From Vitrella brassicaformis CCMP3155 (lineage: Eukaryota > Protista > Chromerida), in assembly GCA_001179505.1 (NCBI GenBank), contig CDMY01000770.1, forward strand, positions 186,001 to 250,000: a stretch of 64,000 bases of DNA, given 5' to 3'. Position numbers and translations under genes: made by a program. The notes beneath the pieces were generated by a model that made no database searches, was not told the origin of the DNA, and saw nothing but the letters and a program-made list of their open reading frames with translations. The first letter of the stretch is position 1. Each line of letters begins with the position of its first letter. This document shows, piece after piece, positions 12,937-24,300 of the stretch.

Positions 12937-13649
12937 CTGACCAGACGCAGGTCAGACAGATGATAAGAGAGTGCGTGAGCACTCACTCTCACCCACTCTG
13001 CTGACTGACTGACTGATCGAGCCAGTCAGCCTGCACTATTGATCTCTTTTTCGTGTCGATATATGTCATGTGTAAGGCGAGCCGTCTATGCAGCGCCTGT
13101 CTGTCTGTCTCTCCCTCTTTTGTCGATAAGGGCTGCTGGGGCTCAAGTGCTGAATACATGTACATGTTTATCATGTGTTGGTTGATCTATTTTGCATGGG
13201 TGGCTGCTTAGCTGGACGCCACGTGATGTGCGAGACGAATGCATATGATGTTCGAGGACCCGATTGGACCTCACATGTTGGCTCCGTGTGGCCCGTCGAC
13301 TGCGTGCATGCGATTGATGAGAGACACATGAATTCAGCCAGCCATTGAATGCACCATGCAATGCACCACGGATGGATAGATGCGATTGCGGTGTCCAAGC
13401 CGCCATCCATCGCGTACGTCATTCACACCACGTCCGTCGATTTCAGCCTCTCTGTCGGTTTATTTGTTCCTTTCTCCCTCCTCTTCTTGATTGCCTCATT
13501 CCCCTCGTCATTGGTCGGACATCCGGTTCTCGTCCATGTCTGCCTGGCCCTCACTCGCCACGGGAAGCTCGCTGCGACTGTAACACATATACACATACAT
13601 ACAGGGCCGTCAATCCAGGAGACATGGCACTCTGTGTGCGTCGTCTTCC

Positions 13650-16600
13650 TTACACTGTTCGTTGCTGCTGGAAGAACGATGTGATCATGGGCGTTGTCTG
13701 ATGCGGCACATCAACAGGCGCCTGAGTCCTGAAGACAAGAGAACATCAGCTGTCTGGTGTCGTTCTCTCTGTCTGTCTCCCTACTTGACCCACACACCAT
13801 GGCATGAAGTCGCTGTGACTTGTCCTGCACAAAAGAAGAAGTGACAGCGAGGCTTCAAGATGGCAGTAAGGTGTGTATGTCTGTGTGTGCGGAGAAGCCA
13901 CCCGATGATCGGGAAGAACTTGGTGATGGCCTGCAGGCGAGTGGGCTTCTTGTCGCGACCAAATACCTTGCTGCACACAGCAAGCAGACATAGACGTACA
14001 GGCAAGTGCACTTCATGTTCATTGTGCTGGTGCAAGTGCAGCGGGGTGGTTGTCTAAGGTACTTGTCGGTTGAGTGATCTTCGTTGTCTCCGCCGTTGCT
14101 ATCCTCCACGCCTCTGGCCTCCTCGTCCCTCTCGGTGCAGGAGGCCGCCCACCGCTCCTCGATGCGGTCCTCACTGCAGTCACATAGATGCTATCCATGC
14201 ATCATTTCGTCTGTGTGTGTGTGTGTGTGTGTGTGTGCTGTGTTCCTGTCGTCCCACCTATCGGTGTCCTCGTCAATGAGTGTTTCCTCCTCCCACTCAT
14301 CCCGCCGCTTCCAGTGCGGTAGCTGCCACATCTCATGCTCACACACATAGCGAGAACTGAACCGCGACACCTGATGACACCCCGTACAGAGCAGGCCATT
14401 TCTGCCGTCTCGAGTCATATGTATCGGCATGTGATGTGTACGTGCGTACCTCTTGCTGTCGGTCGACGGGCACCAGCTGCTCGCCTGTCTTGCCGTCCAT
14501 CACACCCAACACGGAGACGTCGCCATGCTTCTGCTGCCCGTGCCGCTGAAATGCCCAGCCGTCGTTGTCATGTTCGTCATCCGAGACAATGCCACCCTCT
14601 GCATTCAGGTACATGCGGTCGAGCATGGATGCACCGCCGTAGAGGATGACCTCGCTCCCCGTCCACACAGCTGCTGCCGCACGGACAGGTGGGGCCTCGT
14701 ACGGCTCGAAGGCACGCTCGCGTGCGATCATGGAGGGGGAGCGAGGGGGCCGGGCGGGCATCTGTCGCTCTCTTGCGAAGGACGGGAGGCTGAAGCGGCC
14801 TGTGTTGATGTCGAAGATGACGGTCTGGGTGCCGCCGCAGAGGAAGCGGTTGAGGAGGAACCCGTCGTTCCCCTCAGCGTAGCCCGTCATCATGATGATC
14901 TTGTCACCTGCATGCAGTGTACCACAGACACGATGTAACACGCCCCTATATTGTTTGTTTTGCCTCATCTGACCTGCCAGAACGGCCGTGTGGCGCTCGA
15001 AGTTGCAGAGATATGGCTCGTCATACATGGACCTCGTGACTTCATCTGTGGAGGAGAGGGCAATCGGGTGAAATGAACACAACCCCCTCATCCACCCTCA
15101 CTGACCGTCTTGCGATGGTTTGATGCCCTCATCGACCCACGGCAGCTCATCAAATGCGATCCACCTGCAGCAAATGGAGACTATTGAATGGCGCCTCGTC
15201 TCGTCTCTTCCTCTTGTGTGCCTCACGTCTTTGTCTCGCCATCGAATGTGTCGATGCGGTTGAGTTGACCGAAATACATGGTAGATGAGCACCCACGCGG
15301 ACTGTCGTACTCCCACTCTGCATGAAGGAAAACGCGAGTAGAAGCAGGCAGAGTAGTGAGGCGACATCTGTCCGTCCTTACCATCTCCGCCGATGATGAA
15401 GACGTAGCGGTCCTTGACGAGCGTGGCGGTGTGGTTGACACGGCCGTTCGGTCGCTCGCCAAACACAGAGTCACTCCTAGACGAAGAAACGTATAACAGA
15501 CGCTTGGCCAGCGATAGATATAGCGACGTACCCGTCGAAAGACCACGTCGCTATATCAACAATGGTCGACATCGGCATGACATCCCTGCATAGTCGGACG
15601 CACTGTCAGGTGCATTCCACTTCAGGTGTCTGGGGTCACCTCATGTCGTGTGGGTCGTCAGGCCAGTCGTCTCGGCCATTGACGATGAAGACGTAGCCTT
15701 CTGGGTGCTCAGTCGACCGGATGGGCACGAACGTGGAAGTGAAGTAGCGCCTGAATCAACAAGGGCAAAAGCCATGCACACACATGGACACTGAAGGAAC
15801 CCCTTCTTAGCTTGTAGGTAGATTCACCTCTTGAGCGGCAGAGTGGTTCTCTTTTTCTTTGGCACACCCTCCTCCTGTCCCCACAGCTCACGTCTGGACA
15901 ACCACTCGTAGCGATACTCGATCTCACTCTGACTCACCCCCTCCGCCCCACCCGCCCCCTGCCTCTGTTGCTGCCCCTCCTCCTCTTTGCTGATCTCCAG
16001 CACACCCCACATCTGCTCGCGTGGTGTCCCGTCGTTGTAGTCGACTGGTCCGCCGCACACGAAATATCTCTGTGGGAGGTAGGGCTGCGATGTGGCTGTG
16101 GGGGTGTGGGGTGAGGGGATGTGGATGGATGTCAGGGTGAGTGAGTCCGATGCGTATGGGGGCGTGCCGTGGACCTCACACTCGTGCCACTCATACGTGC
16201 CCCTCGACAGCAGAGACTTGAGAGACACACTGACACACACACAGATGGAATGGGCGTCTCATACGGGCGACAGCATCAGTGTGAGTGTGTGTGTGTGTGT
16301 GTGTGTATTGTGCTGTTACCGCCACAGGTCGTTCTTGTAGTTGCCCTCATCAATCACACCACCTGTTGGTCAACACACAGACAACAATCCACACGTTAGC
16401 ACCACCCCTCGTGTTTCTCATTGACTCACCGAACACATAGAGAGAATCGCCCAGGATGAAGAGTGACGGCCGGCTCCGCGCCATCTCGGGACGCCACTTC
16501 TGACACTGGGCCTTGCCCCACCGCAGCACATCCACACCACCGCCACCCGTGCCCAGCGCCTCGATCTTCTTGCCGCGGCAGTACGCGTCTCGGTACTGGC

Positions 16601-17053
16601 TGTCGGGCAGTGGCTTGTATGCGTTGGTGTTTATGGTGGGGCTGGTGGATTGGGCGACGCTACGGGCAAAGGAGGGGCGGGGTGGCGGGGGGAAGTGGGC
16701 GGCGCCTTCGATGGGCCTGATGGTGCTCTTGTTGAACGAACGATGGTACTGCACACACACACGGCGGAAAGAGGCTGTCAGTGGCCGATCCATGGATCGT
16801 TTTTCTCTCACCTGTGTTTGCCAGAGGCCATCAGTGGAGCCGTCAGCCAGAAGGATGCAATGGAGATCTCTCACTGCCTGATGGAAACAGCAGACAAGCA
16901 AACAGCTCCGGTTTTGTCATGCTGATGGCCGCCATCTGTGCATCATCGCTGTATACCTCTGTCAGGCCCATTGAGCAGCTCAGTGCCCTCGAGGAACGGA
17001 AACACGAGGGAAGCAACATCAGCCAACTGCGGCGTCGCTTTGGCGTCCTCCAT
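13650..17053 (-). CDS. Kelch-repeat protein with N-terminal F-box-like segment
   Basis: Kelch-type blades: RPSLFILGDSLYVFG|GVIDEGNYKNDLWR, RVNHTATLVKDRYVFIIGGDG, AAAVWTGSEVILYGG. The N-terminus LADVASLVFPFLEGTELL..RVRDLHCILL..GLWQ has F-box-like spacing (weak). The spliced C-terminus ends PMITSFFQQQRTV* at 13650. Confidence 0.75.
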
Positions 17054-17152
17054 CACTCAAACTGGCAGAGAGGCTCGGCGAATGGATCCTTCGAGTGACG
17101 CGCGTCCTTTGCAGGCGAAAACACGAGGGGAGGTTTCCGTTTACACTTCTCT

Positions 17153-17161
17153 TGCGAGCTT
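17153..17161 (-). promoter_or_regulatory. AAGCTCGCA candidate promoter motif between divergent starts 17053/17179
   Basis: tgcgagctt on the + strand, within a 125-bp gap. Confidence 0.5.
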
Positions 17162-17178
17162 AGAATGGAGAGGAAATC

Positions 17179-19283
17179 ATGGAGAGCTCTTCAGCAGCAG
17201 CAAACGGCGTTCACTCTTCGACAGGCCCGGCAGATTCCCTTGCTGCCGTTCTCAAACCGTCTGACGCGCCGTCTGCCGAAGCAGTGACAGTCAAGGGCGT
17301 CGACTTCGATGAGAGGAGAGATCTGGACGGCCTGCTAGAGTCCTTCCTGACGTCTGGCTTCCAGGCGACCAATGTCGGGTTGGCCATCGAGGAGATCCGG
17401 CGGATGCTCGAAGGAAGGGAGCAGCAGCAGCAGCAGCACGAGAGTGAAGAAGCAAGCGAGAGGGAGGAGAGTGGAGATGACACAGATGATGCCGGCGATG
17501 GTGGGAGGGGACACTGCACGATATGGCTCGCATTCACGTCCAACATGATCTCGTCCGGTAGGCATGCACACACACACAAGTGTGCAAGGCAAGACACAAT
17601 GAAGCACCCACTGACTGGTTTGCGTGTTTCTGTCAGGTTTGCGTGAGGTATTTGTGTTTCTGGCTAAGCACCGGCTGATTGACGTGATCGTCACATCAGC
17701 TGGTGGAGTGGAGGAGGACTTCATCAAGTGCATGGCACCCACATTCATCGGTCACAAAGACATATGACGACCACACTCACCAAGCCAGCACATGATTGTC
17801 TCTGTCTGTCTGTCTGTCTGTCTGTCCATACACAGGCGATTTCACATGGCGTGGGAGGGAGCTGCGTGACAAGGGATGGAACCGCATCGGCAACTTGGTG
17901 GTGCCCAACGACAACTACTGTCGGTTTGAGGAGTGGCTGCAGCCGATTCTCGACGCCATGCTCGACGAACAGAGGACACACGGCACCATCTGGACTCCAT
18001 CCAAGGTGCGAACACATGAGTGAGAGCGGCTGGACCAGCAGTCCTGCCCACGTGTGTATTTGTGTTGGCAGATGATAGATCGTCTTGGGAAGGAGATTGG
18101 CCATGAGGAGTCCCTCTACTACTGGTGCCACAAGAACCACATACCCGTAAGCAAGCAGCTGGTGGAAGCCGTTCCGTCGACCTGCGCACGTGTGCGTCTG
18201 TCTTGTCTTTGTGGCAGGTGTACTGTCCTGGCCTCACTGACGGCTCCCTGGGCGACAACCTCTACTTCCACTCATACCGCAGCCCCGTAAGCCCACCCAC
18301 CCACCCACACACTCACTCAGTCAAGAGAACGACAGCTTTGCTCCACACGTTTGTTTGCTCTTTGCGATTGTGCGGCGGGTGCGTGCAGGGTTTGTTGCTG
18401 GACGTGATAGGCGACATCCGTGCCACTAACGACCGTGCGATCAAGTGCCGTCGGTCTGGCATGATCATACTGGGCGGGGGGCTGTCCAAGCACCACACGT
18501 GCAACGCCAACCTCATGCGCAACGGCGCCGACTACGCCGTCTACATCAACACTGGTACGCCACCAGGGGGGGGGGGGGGGGGGGATGANNNNNNNNNNNN
18601 NNNNNNNNNNNNNNNNNNNNNNNNNNNNNNNNNNNNNNNNNNNNNNNNNNNNNNNNNNNNNNNNNNNNNNNNNNNNNNNNNNNNNNNNNNNNNNNNNNNN
18701 NNNNNNNNNNNNNNNNNNNNNNNNNNNNNNNNNNNNNNNNNNNNNNNNNNNNNNNNNNNNNNNNNNNNNNNNNNNNNNNNNNNNNNNNNNNNNNNNNNNN
18801 NNNNNNNNNNNNNNNNNNNNNNNNNNNNNNNNNNNNNNNNNNNNNNNNNNNNNNNNNNNNNNNNNNNNNNNNNNNNNNNNNNNNNNNNGGGTGGATGATG
18901 GACGGATGGCATCTGCACGTCTGTGCGTATCGTCATTGCAGCCCAGGAGTATGACGGCTGTGACTCTGGCGCCAGGCCGGACGAGGCCGTCTCCTGGGGC
19001 AAGATCAAAAGCGAAGCCAAACCTGTCAAGGTCAGGACATAAATGCATTGCTTGCACCCACCAGCGTCGACGCGGGGAGTTTGTCTGATGCGCGTGTGCA
19101 CGTTTGCATCTGTATCAGGTTCATGGCGATGCGACTGTGCTGTTTCCCCTGATTGTGGCGGCCACCTTTGCCAAGCACCCCCATGCCAACAAGACGGCCG
19201 CGGACAAAGGGGAGGATGCGGAAAGCAGCAGAGAGCACAACCACCACCACAACGTGCCACTGCACGCTGTGACGGGGTGCTGA
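17179..19283 (+). CDS. DHS: Deoxyhypusine synthase
   Basis: Diagnostic motifs across exons: [28 protein letters not shown]|[103 protein letters not shown] (catalytic Lys present), [17 protein letters not shown]. Confidence 0.97.
18589..18888. other. Assembly gap (300 N) inside a DHS intron, next to a poly-G run
   Basis: N run follows ~19 G at 18566-18584. The flanking DHS exons join in frame (YINT|AQEY). Confidence 0.95.
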
Positions 19284-19380
19284 CGGGCGTGTGTGCTTGA
19301 TGCTACGTGTGGGGCTGGGCCTTTTCTGTCTGTGAATCGATGTTCTGATGTGGGGGAGTGCGTGCGTCGGCTTTATCGAC

Positions 19381-19467
19381 TTGATGGTGTGGACTGGTGT
19401 GTAATTATCGCTTGTGGAGTGGGAAACCGGGACGTCATGACTTCACGCATGCAGACATTCATTGACC
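19381..19467 (+). repeat. 87-bp direct repeat, copy 1 (left boundary of gene cassette)
   Basis: ttgatggtgtggactggtgtgtaattatcgcttgtggagtgggaaaccgggacgtcatgacttcacgcatgcagacattcattgacc; 86/87 identical to 21256-21342. Confidence 0.95.
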
Positions 19468-19629
19468 AATCAATGCACTCGTGCACAGTCAGCAGCTGGT
19501 GAATATGAAGGCATGTGTCAAGAGGCAAAACGGTGACATCCATTCCATTCCATTCCATGTAAGTGAATGCGATCAGCCACTTCACCACACACACAAACAC
19601 CCACAAACATCTGTCTTCTCCCTCGCCCC

Positions 19630-20754
19630 TCATCTCAGCGCCATCCCACTGTTGATGACACCGTCCGCCAGCTCGAAGTGGCTCAGCACGGCACGCCAGC
19701 GGGGCATCGACTCCGGGAACCGGTCGGCCAGCGGCTGAAACAAATTGCCATTCTCAGGTCGCTCGGTCGTCAACAGACTGATGTTGCGCCCACTCACCCA
19801 GAGATGGGCAGCGACGGTCTCGTTGGGCCGGAAGCCGCTCACAATCACGTCACGACGGTATGCTGGGTTGGCGTGATGCAGATTGCCGTCGTCCAAGCGG
19901 TAGTCGACAGCGATTCCCCCCTGCTGCTCGGTCATGGGCTCAGTCAGCAGACGGAGATAGCGGTCGTTATTGTGGCTGATGGCTTCACATAGCACCCTCC
20001 TGTCGTACCCCCCCTCCTCACGGCACCACCGCTCGAGCAGCGTGCGCAGGAGGAACGACGAGAAGAAGGGGAAAAGCAAGTGGTCCGATCGGATGACCGG
20101 ATCGCTCCGCTTGTAGCAGCTGCGATAGTCATGGTCGTCTGGCAGCTCACCCAACGGCACCACACGGAACGACTCATTGCCGATCCGATACGCCCCGTCG
20201 ATGCCTTGCTGCAGCGCCAGGTTGGTCCCCTGGTGTGTGAGGCTGTGGCCGATGGTCTTGTAGAGGGCCATGATGAGCGGCAGCTGGTGGAAGGCTGTTG
20301 GGGAGGGCAGCGCATTAGCCGACAGCCGCAGCGGCAGAGTGGCATTGGGTGTGAGCCGATGAATGGCGGCCAGCCGAATGAACCTCCCCATCGCTCGCCA
20401 CTCGCCGCCACTGCCCTGCTCCAGCACATGCAACACCTTCAAGCCGTTCCGCAGAGCTCGACGCTTGGCTCGACGGCTTGCGCACTGAAACACGTCGAAA
20501 ACCAGCACGTCCTCGAGCTCCAGACGACGGATGACCACCTCTATGCGCTGCTTGACGAGTGTGAGCATCTCGTCCACTATGGCGCGATTGCTGTCGTCGA
20601 TCTGTGCACGGAGCTTGTTTCGTCTGGCGGGGTCGGGTGACATGGCCATGTCTGCCGCCTTGGTGATGGCAAGGTCGCGCAGAGAGGGGACTGCCGGAGG
20701 GGCGGCGGGGGGCTGGGGAGTGGTGGGACGCATCTGATGCGATGACGACGCCAT
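19630..20754 (-). CDS. Intronless 374-aa protein of unknown function (probable lineage-expanded family)
   Basis: Uninterrupted ATG-to-stop ORF with protein-like composition and no microsatellite or intron signature, in a region where all other genes are spliced. It lies between the two 87-bp repeats. Confidence 0.8.
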   Translation of the reverse strand: MASSSHQMRPTTPQPPAAPPAVPSLRDLAITKAADMAMSPDPARRNKLRAQIDDSNRAIVDEMLTLVKQRIEVVIRRLELEDVLVFDVFQCASRRAKRRALRNGLKVLHVLEQGSGGEWRAMGRFIRLAAIHRLTPNATLPLRLSANALPSPTAFHQLPLIMALYKTIGHSLTHQGTNLALQQGIDGAYRIGNESFRVVPLGELPDDHDYRSCYKRSDPVIRSDHLLFPFFSSFLLRTLLERWCREEGGYDRRVLCEAISHNNDRYLRLLTEPMTEQQGGIAVDYRLDDGNLHHANPAYRRDVIVSGFRPNETVAAHLWVSGRNISLLTTERPENGNLFQPLADRFPESMPRWRAVLSHFELADGVINSGMALR

Positions 20755-21255
20755 CGGTGAGTGAGAGATCTGAATGAATCAAAAGTGGAAGGACACACAA
20801 ACGAGTGAATGGCAATCAGTCAGACGAGAGCCATGGGAGGGCGGGATGCTCTGCTCACCTGAGACAGGCACTGTGACAGCAAAGAGGCGGGGGGAGCGAG
20901 CCGTGGTGAATGAATGACTCTGCAGACAGACAGCACAGGCGTCCTGCAGCACCCGCCAGACTGATTGACACGCCGCTTTGCCTCACCGATGTCAGTCGAT
21001 GCGATGACGAGTGAGCCACCGACCGCCGCCAATCGATGGCCACCAGCACCTCAGAGTGATGCCCTCGCCGATGAGCGACGCAGCTCTGCTCAGACACACC
21101 AGCAGCAGCTGTGTGAAGCATTGTCAGTCGTCCTTTGTTTCTCTCGCTGCCCTCTCACCTTCGATGAGCGAACAAAAGCCTTCAAAATCTCACTCGACGA
21201 GAAGAGCTCGCTGTCGAATCAGTTCAACTGCCGCCGCCGTCAACCTCGAGAATGA

Positions 21256-21342
21256 TTGATGGTGTGGACTGGTGTGTAATTATCGCTTGTGGAGTGGGAA
21301 ACCGGGATGTCATGACTTCACGCATGCAGACATTCATTGACC
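21256..21342 (+). repeat. 87-bp direct repeat, copy 2 (right boundary of gene cassette)
   Basis: Same sequence as 19381-19467 with one C/T difference (gggacgtc vs gggatgtc). Confidence 0.95.
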
Positions 21343-21349
21343 GATCAGT

Positions 21350-24300
21350 GTACGCATAACCTCACAATGTGTTGTGTCCGTCACACGCAACCCATGCCAC
21401 ACACACACACACACACACACACATGCAGCCAGGCAGCCAGTCAGGCGGTCTCGCTAAGCACTAGCAGCACCACACACAGGAAGTGAAAACCGTCATCCGT
21501 CCATCGACATCTGCACGCACGTGTGTAGGTAGCCGTCCCGTCAGTCAGCCTCAAGGGCGGGTGCACTCATCCATCACATCGGCCATGAGCACGGAGGAAA
21601 GATCGAAGGGGTGACATTCTGACGACAAATATGCAGCAGCACCAGGCAACAACAGCACCAGGAGCAAGTGTCTCGACGTGCACGCAGACCAACGCCAGCA
21701 GCCAAGAGGAACGGGCAAGCAAAAAGTCGACCCGAGTAGCCGACACCAATGAATGAATGAGTGTGACAAGGGAAAAGCTCTTTCTTATCCTCACGAGTGT
21801 GCCCTCCGTGAGTGGTGTGTCGTGCCCCAGCACTCGACGAACACTCCTGAATCAGAGGGGCCGTCGAATGCAGACAGTCAACACACCACACACAGGTCCG
21901 TGTCTGTCTGTCTGTCTGTTGTGTTGCGTTGTGTCCGAATTAGCACCTCTAGACAAGGGCCAGCTACCAAGGACACCTCCCCTCCCTCTACCTCTCCCTC
22001 AGGCAGGCAGTCCAAAACAGTCGGCGGTCAAAAATGCTCCATCGAACACTCAAACGATGCCCTGCCCTGCCCGCCCTGCCGTCCATCCGGCCCCTCTTGA
22101 TTGCAAGTAACGTAAACAAACACAACACTACACAGAACACAACACAACACCAAACCACAACACGCACCTCCTTCCTCTGGGATCTCATCCACACATAGAC
22201 ACTCACTCACTCCATGGTCCATCCATCCGTCCGTCCGTCTATCGCTTTGCGTCAGGTCATTCACTCATCCGATGAAAAAACCTCAACCGATATATCAAAC
22301 CGCCGTTCGTCCATGTCCCTCTCTCCGTCCGAAGACACACGTGTTGCAGATGCACGAGCCACTCAGTCAGTCTGCAATGGTCGATCAGGCAGGCAGGCAG
22401 GCAGGCAGGCAGGGGAGAGAAACAACACACCAGATGAAGTGAGGCAGCCAAAACTACGATGGGTGGTGTGGAGTCTCAAGTAGGTATCAACGAGATCGAG
22501 ATGCATTCAGCAGGCAGGCAGGGAGCCACAATGAGCGAGCAAGTCATTAGGTGGGCATGATAGCATTAATGAAGGCAAGAAGCAAGCAGGGAGGAGCGAG
22601 CGAGGGACATCGGCAGACAGGGACGTAGGTGTGCTCAAGTGTCGCTCGAACAGACAGGACGGCTACGTGACGACAGTCAGCAAAAGATGTGTGCACTCAC
22701 ACCCGCCCACCCACGCGCACATGTCCGTCAGCACACACAGGCAGGGAAAAACGGCAAAACCACCACACACACACACACACGCACCCACACAGATGCAAAC
22801 TGTCGACACCGCCTCTCCTCTCCTCTCTATGCAGCCGACCAGCGATCCGCAGACAGACAGACAGACAGACAGACAGAAAGTCAATTCAGCCAATCTCCCA
22901 GGCAGTGTGGCAGCCACGCACTCATTCGTGCACACCCACACAGCGTGCCAGCCACAGCTGCCAGCAACCAATCTGTCGGTCGGTCGGTCAGTCAACAAAC
23001 ATACCTACCTACACTGCAAACACACGCACACAAGTACGTCCACACACACACACGTCGTCAGGCAACACGCAGTTTTTTGCTGTTTTTGGTCTTTTGTTGT
23101 TTTTGGCATCACCGGCCGGCTATTTAAATACCAACACCTCCCCTCTCCTCTCCTCTCCTCTCTCAGTGAGTCAGTTAGTTAGTCCCCTACACACACAGCC
23201 ACCTGGCCCTTAGTGCACGGAAAAAGGGGCCGCCTCGCTCCATCCATCCGGCCAGCCATCCGAATTCTCGACAATGACCGTGCGCGTGTATCTATCTCCT
23301 CTTCCTCTCCTCTCTGGTCAGCCAGTAAGTGCCTGTCGGTGACAGAAAATAGCAAGCCAGTTAGTTGGTTGTTCAAGGCAGACGCAGTACGCAGGTAGCT
23401 AAAGGCAGGCAGGGAGGCAGGGAGGTAGGCAGGCGCAAAAAGTCCGTCGCCCTGTGTGTGTGTGTGCGTTTCTTGTTGTTACGGTACGGTCGGCAGCTCC
23501 CATCATTGCTATACCTTCCACTCGGTACGTATCCCTCTCTGTCCCTCTCTGCTTGCCCGACACCACACACATGCACATGCACATGCACCCGGCACCGTCA
23601 TTAAAAAAGCAAACGACACAGCACATTCACTGGCCCCCATTTCCCGTTAGATAGACAGACATACACACAGGGAGAGACGTACGTGACATACGGCAGCAGG
23701 CGAGGAGAGACGAGACAGCCGAAGATGCTGTGCTGCGCTGTCCCCTGGTTGTATGCGCATGCAATGCACTCAACAACCACACAACCACCACACCACACGA
23801 CACAGACATGCACCGTACGTATCGCATCGCATCATGTTGTCTCTTTCTTTCTCTCTTTGTTCTCTTCTCTTCTTGAAAGTCAGCCTGTTGAAAGCTTCCC
23901 TTCCACCATCGCTCGCTCGCAGTTAGTCGGTCAGTCAGCATTAAATACCGCGCCACAGATAGACAGATACGTACTCAGACAGACAGACACACAGACACAG
24001 ACAGACAGACAGACAGACGTACGAACACAGGGAGAGAGACACACCCGGACGCACCGCATCGGGGGGGAGGATAGCACAGCACAGCACAGTACAGCAGTGG
24101 CCACTGCACTGCGCCAGTCCGCCTGTCCATCCCTCCATCGATCTGTGCGTGCGTGTGTGTGCTCCCTCTCTCCTCTCGCCATTGTAAACTACAAATAGAC
24201 ACACGCAGGCAGCCACGCAGCCAGCCAGACATCCCTCTCTCTCTCTCTCTCTCTCATGGTGTGCTGTTTGTGTGTCTTTTGTTCTGGAGCACAGCACGGA

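Noticed and set aside
18125-19260. Long ORFs through the N runs (also 53454-54650)
   Set aside because: Artefacts of translating N as X.
19381-21342. Classification of the cassette as an LTR retrotransposon, Helitron or DNA transposon
   Set aside because: No gag/pol/Rep/transposase motifs, PBS/PPT, short TSD, CTRR end or terminal inverted repeats. Kept only as a direct-repeat-flanked cassette.
21631-21756. 41-aa ORF MQQHQATTAPGASVST..
   Set aside because: Short, with no homology recognised and no supporting exons; could be chance in GC-rich DNA.
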